Positions 17,384 to 25,687 of a stretch of 33,495 nt of DNA are shown piece after piece. The stretch's first letter is position 1. Each line of letters opens with the position of its first letter. The stretch is from positions 1 through 33,495 of IMG/VR virus record IMGVR_UViG_3300035187_003564; one strand, given 5' to 3'. The DNA comes from a virus (Duplodnaviria; Caudoviricetes). The position numbers and the translations under genes were made by a program. The notes beneath the pieces were generated by a model. The model worked only from the letters and a program-made list of their open reading frames with translations, did no database searches and was not told where the DNA came from.

Positions 17384-18513
17384 GTGAGTTAACCGTCAAG
17401 ACAGGGGTGGACGCATCCGGCTTTGAGACCGGGCTCAACCGTCTGCAGGGCAGCGTCCGCTCCTTTGCGACCGCCGCGGGGGGGATTTTGGCCGGCGCCT
17501 TTGCGTTTGATAAGCTGATGTCGGGATTAGATGCCGCCATCCAAAAGGGCGATCAGCTGCAGGATTTGGCCAATAAGTTCGGCATCTCGGCCTCCAGCTT
17601 GCAGAAGATCGGGAACGCCGCCGAGCTGTCCGGCGCCAGCCTTGAAAGCGTGGCGGCTGCCATGAACAAAGCTGCGGTCAACGCGCAAAAGGCTGTGGCC
17701 GGAGACGAGGCCCTGGCGGCAGGTTTTTCCGCCATTGGAATTTCAGTTGAAAATTTACGTTCCGCCAGCCCGGAAGATTTGCTGGCAGCCTTTAGCACCT
17801 CGCTCCGCAGCGGGGCAATCGCCGGGCAGGAGTTTAATCTGGCCGTGCAGCTTTTTGGCCGATCTGCCACGGATCTGATACCCACTCTTTCGCAGGACTT
17901 CCAGGCCTTGGGTGAATCGATGGGCGTCATGTCGAACCAGACAATCGCCAATTTATCCGCCGCCTCGGATGCATTAAAAACATTTGGCAACGGGGTGACC
18001 TTGGTTTTTGCCGGCATCGTGAACAAAATCATGCAGGCGTTGGAGGCTTACGGCCGTTTTGCGGCCATTCGTCCCATCGTAAAGTTTTTTGATGATTCTC
18101 GTGCCTCGGCTTCAGCCAGCCTTCAAAAAGCCGCTCAGGCTCAATCGGAGGTTGCAAAATCAAGTTTTGATAAAGAGCGTGACCGCATGGACGTGGCCGA
18201 AGCCCGTCAAGAGCTTCGCGTTATGGAGGCCGGAATCGCCGGAGCCGCCGCCGCGGAAAGGGTGCTGGCAAATTTTACCCCCGGGGTTGCTGTTGGCCCT
18301 GATCAAGCAACACCAGGGGCAAAAGGAAAAACATCAACGCAAGTGCTTGCCGATTCCCTCCAGCAGGTCGGAGGCGGCGGTCGTTTTACCCAGATCGGCG
18401 TTGCAGATAGCACACAAAGGGATCAGCTTGCCGTGCTAAAAAACATTGAGAAAAACACCGCTAAAAGCGGGGCTGTGTTTATGGGCAAAGCGTATGACAT
18501 AGGAGTTGAATAA
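17380..18513 (+). CDS. Tape measure protein (short)
   Basis: VKTGVDASGFETGL N-terminus, Ala-rich helical body, LFGRSATDLIP motif. Confidence 0.8.
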   Translation: MSELTVKTGVDASGFETGLNRLQGSVRSFATAAGGILAGAFAFDKLMSGLDAAIQKGDQLQDLANKFGISASSLQKIGNAAELSGASLESVAAAMNKAAVNAQKAVAGDEALAAGFSAIGISVENLRSASPEDLLAAFSTSLRSGAIAGQEFNLAVQLFGRSATDLIPTLSQDFQALGESMGVMSNQTIANLSAASDALKTFGNGVTLVFAGIVNKIMQALEAYGRFAAIRPIVKFFDDSRASASASLQKAAQAQSEVAKSSFDKERDRMDVAEARQELRVMEAGIAGAAAAERVLANFTPGVAVGPDQATPGAKGKTSTQVLADSLQQVGGGGRFTQIGVADSTQRDQLAVLKNIEKNTAKSGAVFMGKAYDIGVE

Positions 18514-18516
18514 AGC

Positions 18517-19200
18517 ATGCCTTTTACCTACGAGCAGCCAGGCCGGACAGAAACGCAGGATCAGAGCGGCAAAAAAACCCTAACGATCACCTACGTTGGG
18601 GATGCGGTTGCGACCGCTCCGACAGTTTCAAACGCTTCTCTTTATTCCAGGACGGTCGTCACGGCTGAGGCTGGAATGATCAGAACGACCTTTCAGTATA
18701 ACCTCACGCAAGCTTCGGGTGCACTAGGCGGAGCCAGTGCCGGTGGCAACATTGCTGGCATAGAAATCGTCGGAAGCCTTCGGACTGTTCCTCTGCAGGC
18801 GCATCCCAGATACAAAGACCTGACCGCCGAGGAGCAGAAAGAGGTAAGGGATTTTGTGCAAAATCCAATTTCTGGGTCAAAAGCATTGCCTGCATCTTGG
18901 TCAAATTTCGCCGGAGTCGACATGATGGCCGAGCTGGCCACAAAGCTTCTTGAGGGGCAGGAAAGCTACTATGAGCCTTCTGTAATTTTAAGGAAAACTA
19001 CTTTTTCCTCGACCATTCCCTCTGGAGATAAGCTTGGCAAAATTTCAGATCCGGATGTTGATTATGATTCTGCTCCAGAGGATTCAGACTGGCTTCTGGT
19101 CAATGTATCGGCACGTGGTCAGTCTGGAGCCTATACAATTACTCAGGAGTATGAGCTTTCTGGCGAGGGTGGCTGGGACGAGGATATTTACAGCCCATAG
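18517..19200 (+). CDS. Putative distal tail/baseplate protein
   Basis: Immediately after the tape measure; beta-rich; ends with GGWDEDIYS. Confidence 0.5.
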   Translation: MPFTYEQPGRTETQDQSGKKTLTITYVGDAVATAPTVSNASLYSRTVVTAEAGMIRTTFQYNLTQASGALGGASAGGNIAGIEIVGSLRTVPLQAHPRYKDLTAEEQKEVRDFVQNPISGSKALPASWSNFAGVDMMAELATKLLEGQESYYEPSVILRKTTFSSTIPSGDKLGKISDPDVDYDSAPEDSDWLLVNVSARGQSGAYTITQEYELSGEGGWDEDIYSP

Positions 19201-19202
19201 CC

Positions 19203-19844
19203 ATGGCTTACGACCAGCCCGACAGCTTTCAGATCGGGCCTTTCGAGGTCCGTCAAAACCCATCCCCCCGGGAACTGGCCGAAAAGCTCAACAAGCTGCG
19301 GGAAGCCGTGGAGCAGGTGCGCTTGCAGCCCGGCCCTGGGTACGCCATCAACCGAACCAGGGGTGGCACGACCATTCAGTTGCTGTCGCGGTCAGGATCG
19401 GCGGTGCGGGAGACATGTCCTTTTGACGTCTCCCTGCAGACTTCCGGGTCAAGCTATAAAATCAAGGTGGAGCCCGGCACGGTTAACGGCCTGTATGCGA
19501 CAAACTACGCCGACTGCCTTTCCTTTGCGTCCACCAGCCTTTCCGTGGCCAAGTCTGGGACGACTAATGTGGTGGTCGATGTCACCACCGACGGCAAGCA
19601 GGTGACCGCCTTTTCCATGGCCACCTTGGCCACCATGTCCGCCATGATCCCCACCACGCCGCTGGCGCCCACTAGCTTCAAGTGGCCGGTGGCCCACATT
19701 AAGGAGGGCGTCGTCTACAAGACCATCGGCTGCGGCAGCCTGCAGGCCACGGTGAAGGAAAACGTGCGGGTGGCCAAAGCCCCGGCCACGCAAGGCGACA
19801 ATGCTTACGAAATTTATTATTACTGGCTGCTGGAAGCGTTGTAA
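19203..19844 (+). CDS. Putative tail tip protein
   Basis: Tail module position; short coiled-coil followed by a beta domain. Confidence 0.45.
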   Translation: MAYDQPDSFQIGPFEVRQNPSPRELAEKLNKLREAVEQVRLQPGPGYAINRTRGGTTIQLLSRSGSAVRETCPFDVSLQTSGSSYKIKVEPGTVNGLYATNYADCLSFASTSLSVAKSGTTNVVVDVTTDGKQVTAFSMATLATMSAMIPTTPLAPTSFKWPVAHIKEGVVYKTIGCGSLQATVKENVRVAKAPATQGDNAYEIYYYWLLEAL

Positions 19845-21448
19845 TGTTTTCGTATCACCACTTGAGAACAGACGGGTTTGCCCGGACTTACTCTTATTCA
19901 TGGACAAACACGGTTGACCCCATCACCGATCCAAACCCTAATTACAATATCCCAGGATCAGCTGGGCTAGACTCATCAGTTTACAAAACCTCGGTGTATC
20001 TTAGCGGATCGCATTTTGTTTCTGAAATATGCGAGGAAGTTGGGCTAATTAACGGCGGCCGCGCTATCGGAACAAATCGAACCTCCTATCCTTACGGCAC
20101 CTCTGTCAGTAACACCGTTCCTGGCACTACGACCCGCGCCAGAAGCTCGACCACAATCAATGCGCTGGCCGTTCCCAGCACTGTTCTCGTTTCCGACAAT
20201 ACCAGCGGCACTTTTACCAAAGAAGCGGATGGGATAAGCAGCTGCACCAGGTCGACCACCTACACCCATTCCTCAACTTCCAGCACGCTGTTTTCCACTG
20301 CGTACTTTTCCAACAGCCTTACCACCCTTTCCGCCTCCACTTCGGCAGTCGGAACCATTGCCGCTCCCTCCACGGCTAGCTTGACCATGGTCACCACCAC
20401 CGCGCATGTCTTTGGGCAATTCTTTAGCGAGCGCAGGTGGTTTGCCGGCAAGGAAAACCCTCCGCCCTTAAGGCGTGCGGCCTTGCCTTTGGCTATTCCT
20501 GTTTCGTCCATCACTCATTATCTTACCCAATCAACAGGTGACGTAATCCTAAACTCTAGTCTGATGATAACTTCGGCCTTTTCCTCGACTACCTCAAGCG
20601 AAAACATTTTCGCAGGAGACTCTGCAGGTGGAGGTGAAACTATTAGAACAACGTTTACGAGCAGCGCAAAGGGCTATTGCTTGACTTATTTTACCCAGAG
20701 CGAAATAAATTTAATTATCTCCGCCAGCCGACCCGTTTTTTCTGAAATCATTTTCAATTATGACACAGGCTTTTCCCAGGCCGGCTCGGCTCTTGCTTTT
20801 AGTCCATCCCCAGAAGGAATCGGCGGTCGGCTCGCCCCTTTTGCGCTTAATGCCAGTTATCCCTCTATTTATACAACAATCCGCCGCGGACAGACCGTCA
20901 ATGGTTCCTCTGCTTCCTTGGCGTGGATCTACAGCCAGTCCTCGTGGTCATTGCGCGCCAGTCTAAAAAACACATCCACCTCCACCACTTTATGGATTTC
21001 CGTTAATTTAACTGGTCAACCGTCATCTGAGTCGTCATCGGCCATCAGCCCGGTCGGAATAAGCACCGCCCTTCTGGGTCCTCTTTATCCCTTCAGTATC
21101 TCCGGCGGCAACGCCGTCCATTTTAGCCTGGCCAACGACCGGACAGATTCTGTTTCGGCTTTCTACGGATACAGCAACACTGGAATGACTACTGGCACCT
21201 CAACTCAGTTTTCATCCTCTGCTCCGCTATCTGCATCCACCTCATTTTTATCCGGCCAGACAGATTCCACTTTTAAGCGGTTTTACGCCGGCCTGCGCGC
21301 GGCCAGCTTTTCCACCCAGTCAACCAACCTCCCGCCATTGAATGTAAACGAAAATTTCAATCCTTCTCTTTTGGAAACTCCCGCCATTCTCAACGGGGAA
21401 AAGTGGAACGAGGCGGGCCGCCAAGATGCGGTCAGCGTAATTGTGTGA
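19844..21448 (+). CDS. Ser/Thr-rich putative virion (tail tip) protein
   Basis: 534 aa, very high Ser+Thr content, lower GC than its flanks, TAATG coupling. Confidence 0.6.
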   Translation: MFSYHHLRTDGFARTYSYSWTNTVDPITDPNPNYNIPGSAGLDSSVYKTSVYLSGSHFVSEICEEVGLINGGRAIGTNRTSYPYGTSVSNTVPGTTTRARSSTTINALAVPSTVLVSDNTSGTFTKEADGISSCTRSTTYTHSSTSSTLFSTAYFSNSLTTLSASTSAVGTIAAPSTASLTMVTTTAHVFGQFFSERRWFAGKENPPPLRRAALPLAIPVSSITHYLTQSTGDVILNSSLMITSAFSSTTSSENIFAGDSAGGGETIRTTFTSSAKGYCLTYFTQSEINLIISASRPVFSEIIFNYDTGFSQAGSALAFSPSPEGIGGRLAPFALNASYPSIYTTIRRGQTVNGSSASLAWIYSQSSWSLRASLKNTSTSTTLWISVNLTGQPSSESSSAISPVGISTALLGPLYPFSISGGNAVHFSLANDRTDSVSAFYGYSNTGMTTGTSTQFSSSAPLSASTSFLSGQTDSTFKRFYAGLRAASFSTQSTNLPPLNVNENFNPSLLETPAILNGEKWNEAGRQDAVSVIV

Positions 21449-22500
21449 TCTGCCTGACCACATTTTTTACTCGCAGCTGGTGCTATTCCGTGCCCAGCTG
21501 GGCCGAGCACTGCGCCACCGCCATGCGTGGCGAGCCCGGCCACCTTATTCTGGCCACAGACGATTCGATTGAATGCGCCCAGATGGTGGCGCAAGTGGCA
21601 CCAAAATTCCCATCCTTGATCCTGCACCATATCGTAATCGGCCAAGCGGACGACCGTCAAAAAGCCTACCAAGACGAGGCCCAGTTTATTATCGCCCGGC
21701 TGCAGCAAGCTGCCTTTGCCAAGGCCCGGGATTTGGATTGCGACCAATGCTGGTCCGTGGAAAGCGACGTACTGGTGCCGCCCAACGCCCTGCTTGTGCT
21801 GCGCGACACTCTGGGTTTCGACGCCGGCTATTATTCCGTCGCTATGGTCACCTATCCGAACGGCCAGTTTTTGGGTGGCCGAGGTACCGCCCAGCACCCC
21901 ATTGCCGAGGATTTTACTCACGAGGAACGACAGATCCCAGAGGCTATGCAAAAGGAAATTGACGCCAGGGACAAGCGCCTCAAGGACCTGTCCAAAAAAA
22001 AAGAGCGCCCGAGCGAGGAGGAGCTGAAGCAATGGGGTGGGCTGGACAAGCGGATCCGGGAGTGCCCGCCCAAGGGCAACATTTTTGAGCTGCAGGCCAA
22101 GGGCTGGCGGAAAAGGGGATGGCTGGAAAGCGCCTACCCAGCCATCGGCCGCGGAGCCATCCTGCCCACGGACTGGGTGGGACTGGGCTGCACCCTGCTA
22201 AACAAAAAGGCCCTCTCTTTGGCCACTTTCGAGGGCTACGACCTTAAGGGCACTCAGGACCTTTTTCTTTGCTGGAACCGATGGCACCCGCACGGCCTGC
22301 GGATGGCAGTAATCCCACACGTCGTCTGCTCCCACGTGAAGCGGAAGGTGGATCAAGACGGACGTCGCACCGATGAGATTGAGGTGCACGAGGCGTACCA
22401 TGAAATGGGCGGGGAGTACGACGGGCACCTGCGCTGGCGGTTGAAAAAGTTTTACGATTTTAACACCGCCCCGTCTTTGACACGCCCTCCTTCGCCGTAA
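21445..22500 (+). CDS. Glycosyltransferase-like protein (GT-A fold) with a charged helical insertion
   Basis: WSVESDVLVPPNAL (DxD-like), DWVGLGCTLL, QDLFLC, VIPHVVCSHV; GTGA overlap. Confidence 0.65.
   Translation: MICLTTFFTRSWCYSVPSWAEHCATAMRGEPGHLILATDDSIECAQMVAQVAPKFPSLILHHIVIGQADDRQKAYQDEAQFIIARLQQAAFAKARDLDCDQCWSVESDVLVPPNALLVLRDTLGFDAGYYSVAMVTYPNGQFLGGRGTAQHPIAEDFTHEERQIPEAMQKEIDARDKRLKDLSKKKERPSEEELKQWGGLDKRIRECPPKGNIFELQAKGWRKRGWLESAYPAIGRGAILPTDWVGLGCTLLNKKALSLATFEGYDLKGTQDLFLCWNRWHPHGLRMAVIPHVVCSHVKRKVDQDGRRTDEIEVHEAYHEMGGEYDGHLRWRLKKFYDFNTAPSLTRPPSP
22477..22482 (+). promoter_or_regulatory. TTGACA late-gene motif, 22 nt before ATG 22505 (C-GTA at the 14-nt offset)
   Basis: Repeated motif. 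Confidence 0.55.
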
Positions 22501-22504
22501 CCCC

Positions 22505-22846
22505 ATGCCCGCACCCACCTACAACATCACGATCGAGCAGGGGGCGGACTGGACCCGGGACCTTTTCCTCACCACCGCCACCCAGGGGACGATCGACGTC
22601 TCCGGCCGGACGTTTAAGGCCGAGATCCGTCAGTACCCCAGCGGCACCGTGGCCACCGCCATCGCCTGCAGCGTCGTCTCGGCCCCTGGCGGTCAGGTGC
22701 GGATGAGCGTGACCAGCGCGGCCGGCCTGCTTGTGCCCACCGCCGGGGCGAAGTGGGATCTGTTTATGGTGACCAGCGCCGGAGTCAGCACCCGGCTATT
22801 GCAGGGATCCGTGGCTCTCAGCCCCAGGATCACGGTGACATCCTAA
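22505..22846 (+). CDS. Ig-like virion adaptor protein (BppU N-terminal-like)
   Basis: YNITIEQGADW...FKAEIR...WDLFM...RLLQGSV...PRIT pattern. Confidence 0.6.
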   Translation: MPAPTYNITIEQGADWTRDLFLTTATQGTIDVSGRTFKAEIRQYPSGTVATAIACSVVSAPGGQVRMSVTSAAGLLVPTAGAKWDLFMVTSAGVSTRLLQGSVALSPRITVTS

Positions 22847-22873
22847 ACGTAAACGTAAACCTAAACGAAAAAC
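22844..22873 (+). repeat. Short tandem repeat (TAAACS)x4 plus AAAAAC in a gene leader
   Basis: TAAACG TAAACG TAAACC TAAACG AAAAAC directly before ATG 22877. Confidence 0.8.
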
Positions 22874-22876
22874 ACC

Positions 22877-23974
22877 ATGTCCGATATTTATCTGTCCTTA
22901 ACTGAAACGCCATCCGTCGTAACGCTATCCCAGCCCGTCATCGGCAGCTCCGTGGCCGCCACCGTCACCGTGGCCAACACTGTCACCGTGGCGCTGGACG
23001 CAAACAGCCTCTCCGCCCTGGAGAATGTGACGGTGACCGTGGGCGCGGCGGTGTCGGTTTCCAACTTTCCGGCCACCCAGACCATTGCGGGGACGGTCAC
23101 GGCAAATGTTGGCCCGTCGATTGTGGGCGATAGGGGCGGCGGGTCGGTTCCCATTAACGCTGTCGCCATTGGGCATGAGGTCGTCGGGGACGGATTTTAC
23201 AATGTATCAAGCGATAAGCCTTTCCCAATTTCCGGAGCCATCTCCGGCACAGTCACGGTAGGCAACACGGTGACGATTGCTGGGGCGGTTGCGGTATCTA
23301 ACCAACCATCAGAAATTGTTATCAAGGGCTATGACATTGCTGATGATGAATACGAAGTTTTGCGAACCGATCCTGATGGGATACTTTATGTCACACCTAA
23401 CTCCCCGATAAGTGTGCTATTACGGGACGGGTGGTCGAATTTAATTACCTCTACCACCAGTGACACCAAAAGGGGGATTGATTCGAATATAATTTCTTCA
23501 GTCACCATCGGATCACTTCCGGCCATCTCCGGCACGGTCACGGCAAACATTGGCGTAAGTACCTCAATTTACGGTACACTTGTAGACTTTAATGATGGGG
23601 AAGGTTTTAGAATCCAACCCGGGTCATCGGTCAGCGTAAGCAACTCCGTCACCATCGGTTCACTGCCGGCCATCTCCGGCACGGTCACGGCGAACAATCC
23701 ATCCGGCGCACTTACCACCCGCTTCGGCTCCGTCACCACGGCCAATACCGCTCAACTGACCAGTGCGGTGACTAACGCTTCCCGCAAATTTCTCCTTGTT
23801 CAAAACATCGCCACTAGCACCGTGACGATCGGGATCGGCTTTGCCCCCACGACCACCCAGGGCATCCAGCTGACCGCCGGGGCCGGACTGACCTTCGATG
23901 CGTTTTGCCCGACCGGCGGGGTGTGGTGGCTGTCGTCCACCACGGGATCGAATTTCTCGATCCTAGAAGGGTAG
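22877..23974 (+). CDS. Fibre-like virion protein with internal repeats
   Basis: Val/Thr/Ser-rich; repeats of VTIGSLPAISGTVTAN and AISGTVT; C-terminal RKFLLVQN...GIQLTAG beta-sandwich. Confidence 0.65.
   Translation: MSDIYLSLTETPSVVTLSQPVIGSSVAATVTVANTVTVALDANSLSALENVTVTVGAAVSVSNFPATQTIAGTVTANVGPSIVGDRGGGSVPINAVAIGHEVVGDGFYNVSSDKPFPISGAISGTVTVGNTVTIAGAVAVSNQPSEIVIKGYDIADDEYEVLRTDPDGILYVTPNSPISVLLRDGWSNLITSTTSDTKRGIDSNIISSVTIGSLPAISGTVTANIGVSTSIYGTLVDFNDGEGFRIQPGSSVSVSNSVTIGSLPAISGTVTANNPSGALTTRFGSVTTANTAQLTSAVTNASRKFLLVQNIATSTVTIGIGFAPTTTQGIQLTAGAGLTFDAFCPTGGVWWLSSTTGSNFSILEG
23501..23695 (+). repeat. 48-bp direct repeat pair (23501-23548 and 23648-23695), with a partial copy at 23237-23258
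   Basis: GTCACCATCGGWTCACTKCCGGCCATCTCCGGCACGGTCACGGCRAAC. Confidence 0.85.
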
Positions 23975-23977
23975 GCC

Positions 23978-24715
23978 ATGGGCTTCTTCGGCGGCGGAGG
24001 GGGGGCGGCTCCCGCAAACATGGGCGGCGCGACCAGTTCAGTCGCAGGCACGGCTGGCTTGGTTCCTGCTCCGGCGGCGGGGAGCCAAAAAACATTTTTA
24101 AGGGGAGATGCAACTTTTAAGCCGATTGAGTATATGTTTCGTGCGCCAGTAAATAATCTGACTCACAACATGGGGGCAGTAAACGGAAGCTCCGTTCCAT
24201 TCTTTTCTATTTTATTTGCAGTCGGTGGATCAACAGGGACACTTACTGCGCTTCAATGCAGATTTACGCCAATCCTAATTCCCAAAGCTGACACATACAC
24301 TCGACTTGCGGCAGATGTAAATAATAGCAACGCCTCAACAAATTGCTGTATTGCAATCTATTCGCCATCCTCAACAACATATTTGCCAGAAACAAAGCTT
24401 GCAGATACCGGCTCAATGTCCACGGCAACAGCCGGAGTTATTGAGGGAACTATCTCTCAATATCTTGATGAAGGATTTTACTGGCTCGGTATTTGTTGCG
24501 ACTCCAGCCTTGTCCAGTTTAGAGGAAACAACAGCGCACAATGGTCAATGTTTGGAACAAACAGACCAAACGCAGGAGAGGGAAGGACTCACGATATTCA
24601 GGTTCGGCTTACAAATACGATTGCAAGCATTACAAGCTGGCCTGCAACCATAGCGACCGGCGACCTTACGCTTAATAGTGATCAAGCTATTAATCTTGCC
24701 ATAAGAAAAATATGA
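23978..24715 (+). CDS. Tail fibre / receptor-binding protein
   Basis: GATSSVAGTAGLVPAPAAG...FLRGDATF fibre motif followed by a low-GC C-terminal domain. Confidence 0.65.
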   Translation: MGFFGGGGGAAPANMGGATSSVAGTAGLVPAPAAGSQKTFLRGDATFKPIEYMFRAPVNNLTHNMGAVNGSSVPFFSILFAVGGSTGTLTALQCRFTPILIPKADTYTRLAADVNNSNASTNCCIAIYSPSSTTYLPETKLADTGSMSTATAGVIEGTISQYLDEGFYWLGICCDSSLVQFRGNNSAQWSMFGTNRPNAGEGRTHDIQVRLTNTIASITSWPATIATGDLTLNSDQAINLAIRKI

Positions 24716-25032
24716 AATCCTTTTTATTTTCAAACGGAAGTCTTGTTTCGTCTTTTGATGATAGAAACATTGGTCAATGCCAAAAAGAAAACATTGAAAG
24801 AAGCAGAGAATTTGCCACAAGCGCAATCATTCAAGCCGGAATAGACGAGAAAGCTCAAATTAACGCCATCGCTGGCATCTACCCGCCAGAGCGTTGCGAG
24901 GCGATCAAGTCCTACATTGCCGCCTGCCGAAACGAATACTTGCGTTGCAAGGCTCTGATCCTTTCTGCCCAAACCAACGACGAGGCCGATGCCGTCCAGT
25001 TCCTCGCCCCGCCCGTGCCGTCCGGCCTGTGA
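24712..25032 (+). CDS. Putative tail fibre assembly chaperone
   Basis: Follows the fibre gene; C-terminal KALILSAQTNDEADAVQF resembles fibre-chaperone ends. Confidence 0.5.
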   Translation: MKSFLFSNGSLVSSFDDRNIGQCQKENIERSREFATSAIIQAGIDEKAQINAIAGIYPPERCEAIKSYIAACRNEYLRCKALILSAQTNDEADAVQFLAPPVPSGL

Positions 25033-25035
25033 CCT

Positions 25036-25176
25036 ATGGCCACCGCCTACACAATGGCCGACTTTGAATCGGCGATAAAATACCTTTGCGATGAGGGATA
25101 TATAGAACGCTTTACAGATGCCGATGGGAACGAGTGCGTCCGTATTTGCGAAGGCGCAGAGGAGTGTGAGGTGTGA
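25036..25176 (+). CDS. Small acidic hypothetical protein (46 aa, not in the ORF track)
   Basis: MATAYTMADFESAIKYLCDEGYIERFTDADGNECVRICEGAEECEV; fills the gap and has a GTGA overlap with the next gene. Confidence 0.55.
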   Translation: MATAYTMADFESAIKYLCDEGYIERFTDADGNECVRICEGAEECEV

Positions 25177-25397
25177 GCGATTCCGACATCCTGACCGAGC
25201 TCCGCATCGCCGTGGCAAGAATTGAGCAGCGCCAGATCCACATCCTGGAATTATTCGAGGACCACAAGGGCAAGATGAAGGCCCTAGAGGACGAGGCCGG
25301 CACGATCAAAGGCCGGGTCTGGCTAATCTCCACCATCGTTTTTGGGGTGCTAGCGGCCGCTTGGGAGATCATTAAAAACCGCCTGCTCGGGCACTAA
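25173..25397 (+). CDS. Coiled-coil plus C-terminal TM protein (XhlA/holin-like)
   Basis: Heptad N-terminus and hydrophobic VWLISTIVFGVLAAAW. Confidence 0.6.
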   Translation: MSDSDILTELRIAVARIEQRQIHILELFEDHKGKMKALEDEAGTIKGRVWLISTIVFGVLAAAWEIIKNRLLGH

Positions 25398-25401
25398 ATT
25401 T

Positions 25402-25476
25402 TTTTACCGCCGAGACGCGGAGACGCTGAGGGTTACTTCAGAAAATCTCTGCGCCCTCTGCGCCTCAGCGGTAAAA
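25402..25476. repeat. Imperfect 75-bp palindrome (REP-like element or terminator)
   Basis: TTTTACCGCCGAGACGCGGAGACGCTGAG...CTCTGCGCCCTCTGCGCCTCAGCGGTAAAA. Confidence 0.7.
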
Positions 25477-25493
25477 CCCTCTCTTTCCGGTGT

Positions 25494-25499
25494 TTGACA
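25494..25499 (+). promoter_or_regulatory. TTGACA late-gene motif, 14 nt before the holin ATG 25514
   Basis: Repeated motif. Confidence 0.7.
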
Positions 25500-25513
25500 C
25501 TTGGCCGCTAGGT

Positions 25514-25678
25514 ATGGACCTAATCACCCACCTTGCATCGAACTGGCAGTCTTATTTGGGCGTCGTCACCGCCGTGCTGGGTGCGGCCATTGCCGTCGCC
25601 ACCCTGATCCCCGGGGACGAGCCGGAGCGGACGCTCCAAAAGATCGTCGATTTCATTTCGCAAATCTCCCGCAAATAA
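25514..25678 (+). CDS. Putative holin
   Basis: 54 aa, one TM helix, LIPGDEPE turn and basic tail; first gene of the lysis cassette. Confidence 0.55.
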   Translation: MDLITHLASNWQSYLGVVTAVLGAAIAVATLIPGDEPERTLQKIVDFISQISRK

Positions 25679-25687
25679 GGGGAGGGG

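Noticed and set aside
23237-23695. Diversity-generating retroelement or invertible shufflon
   Set aside because: No reverse transcriptase or invertase; the repeats are short, direct and in-frame within one gene
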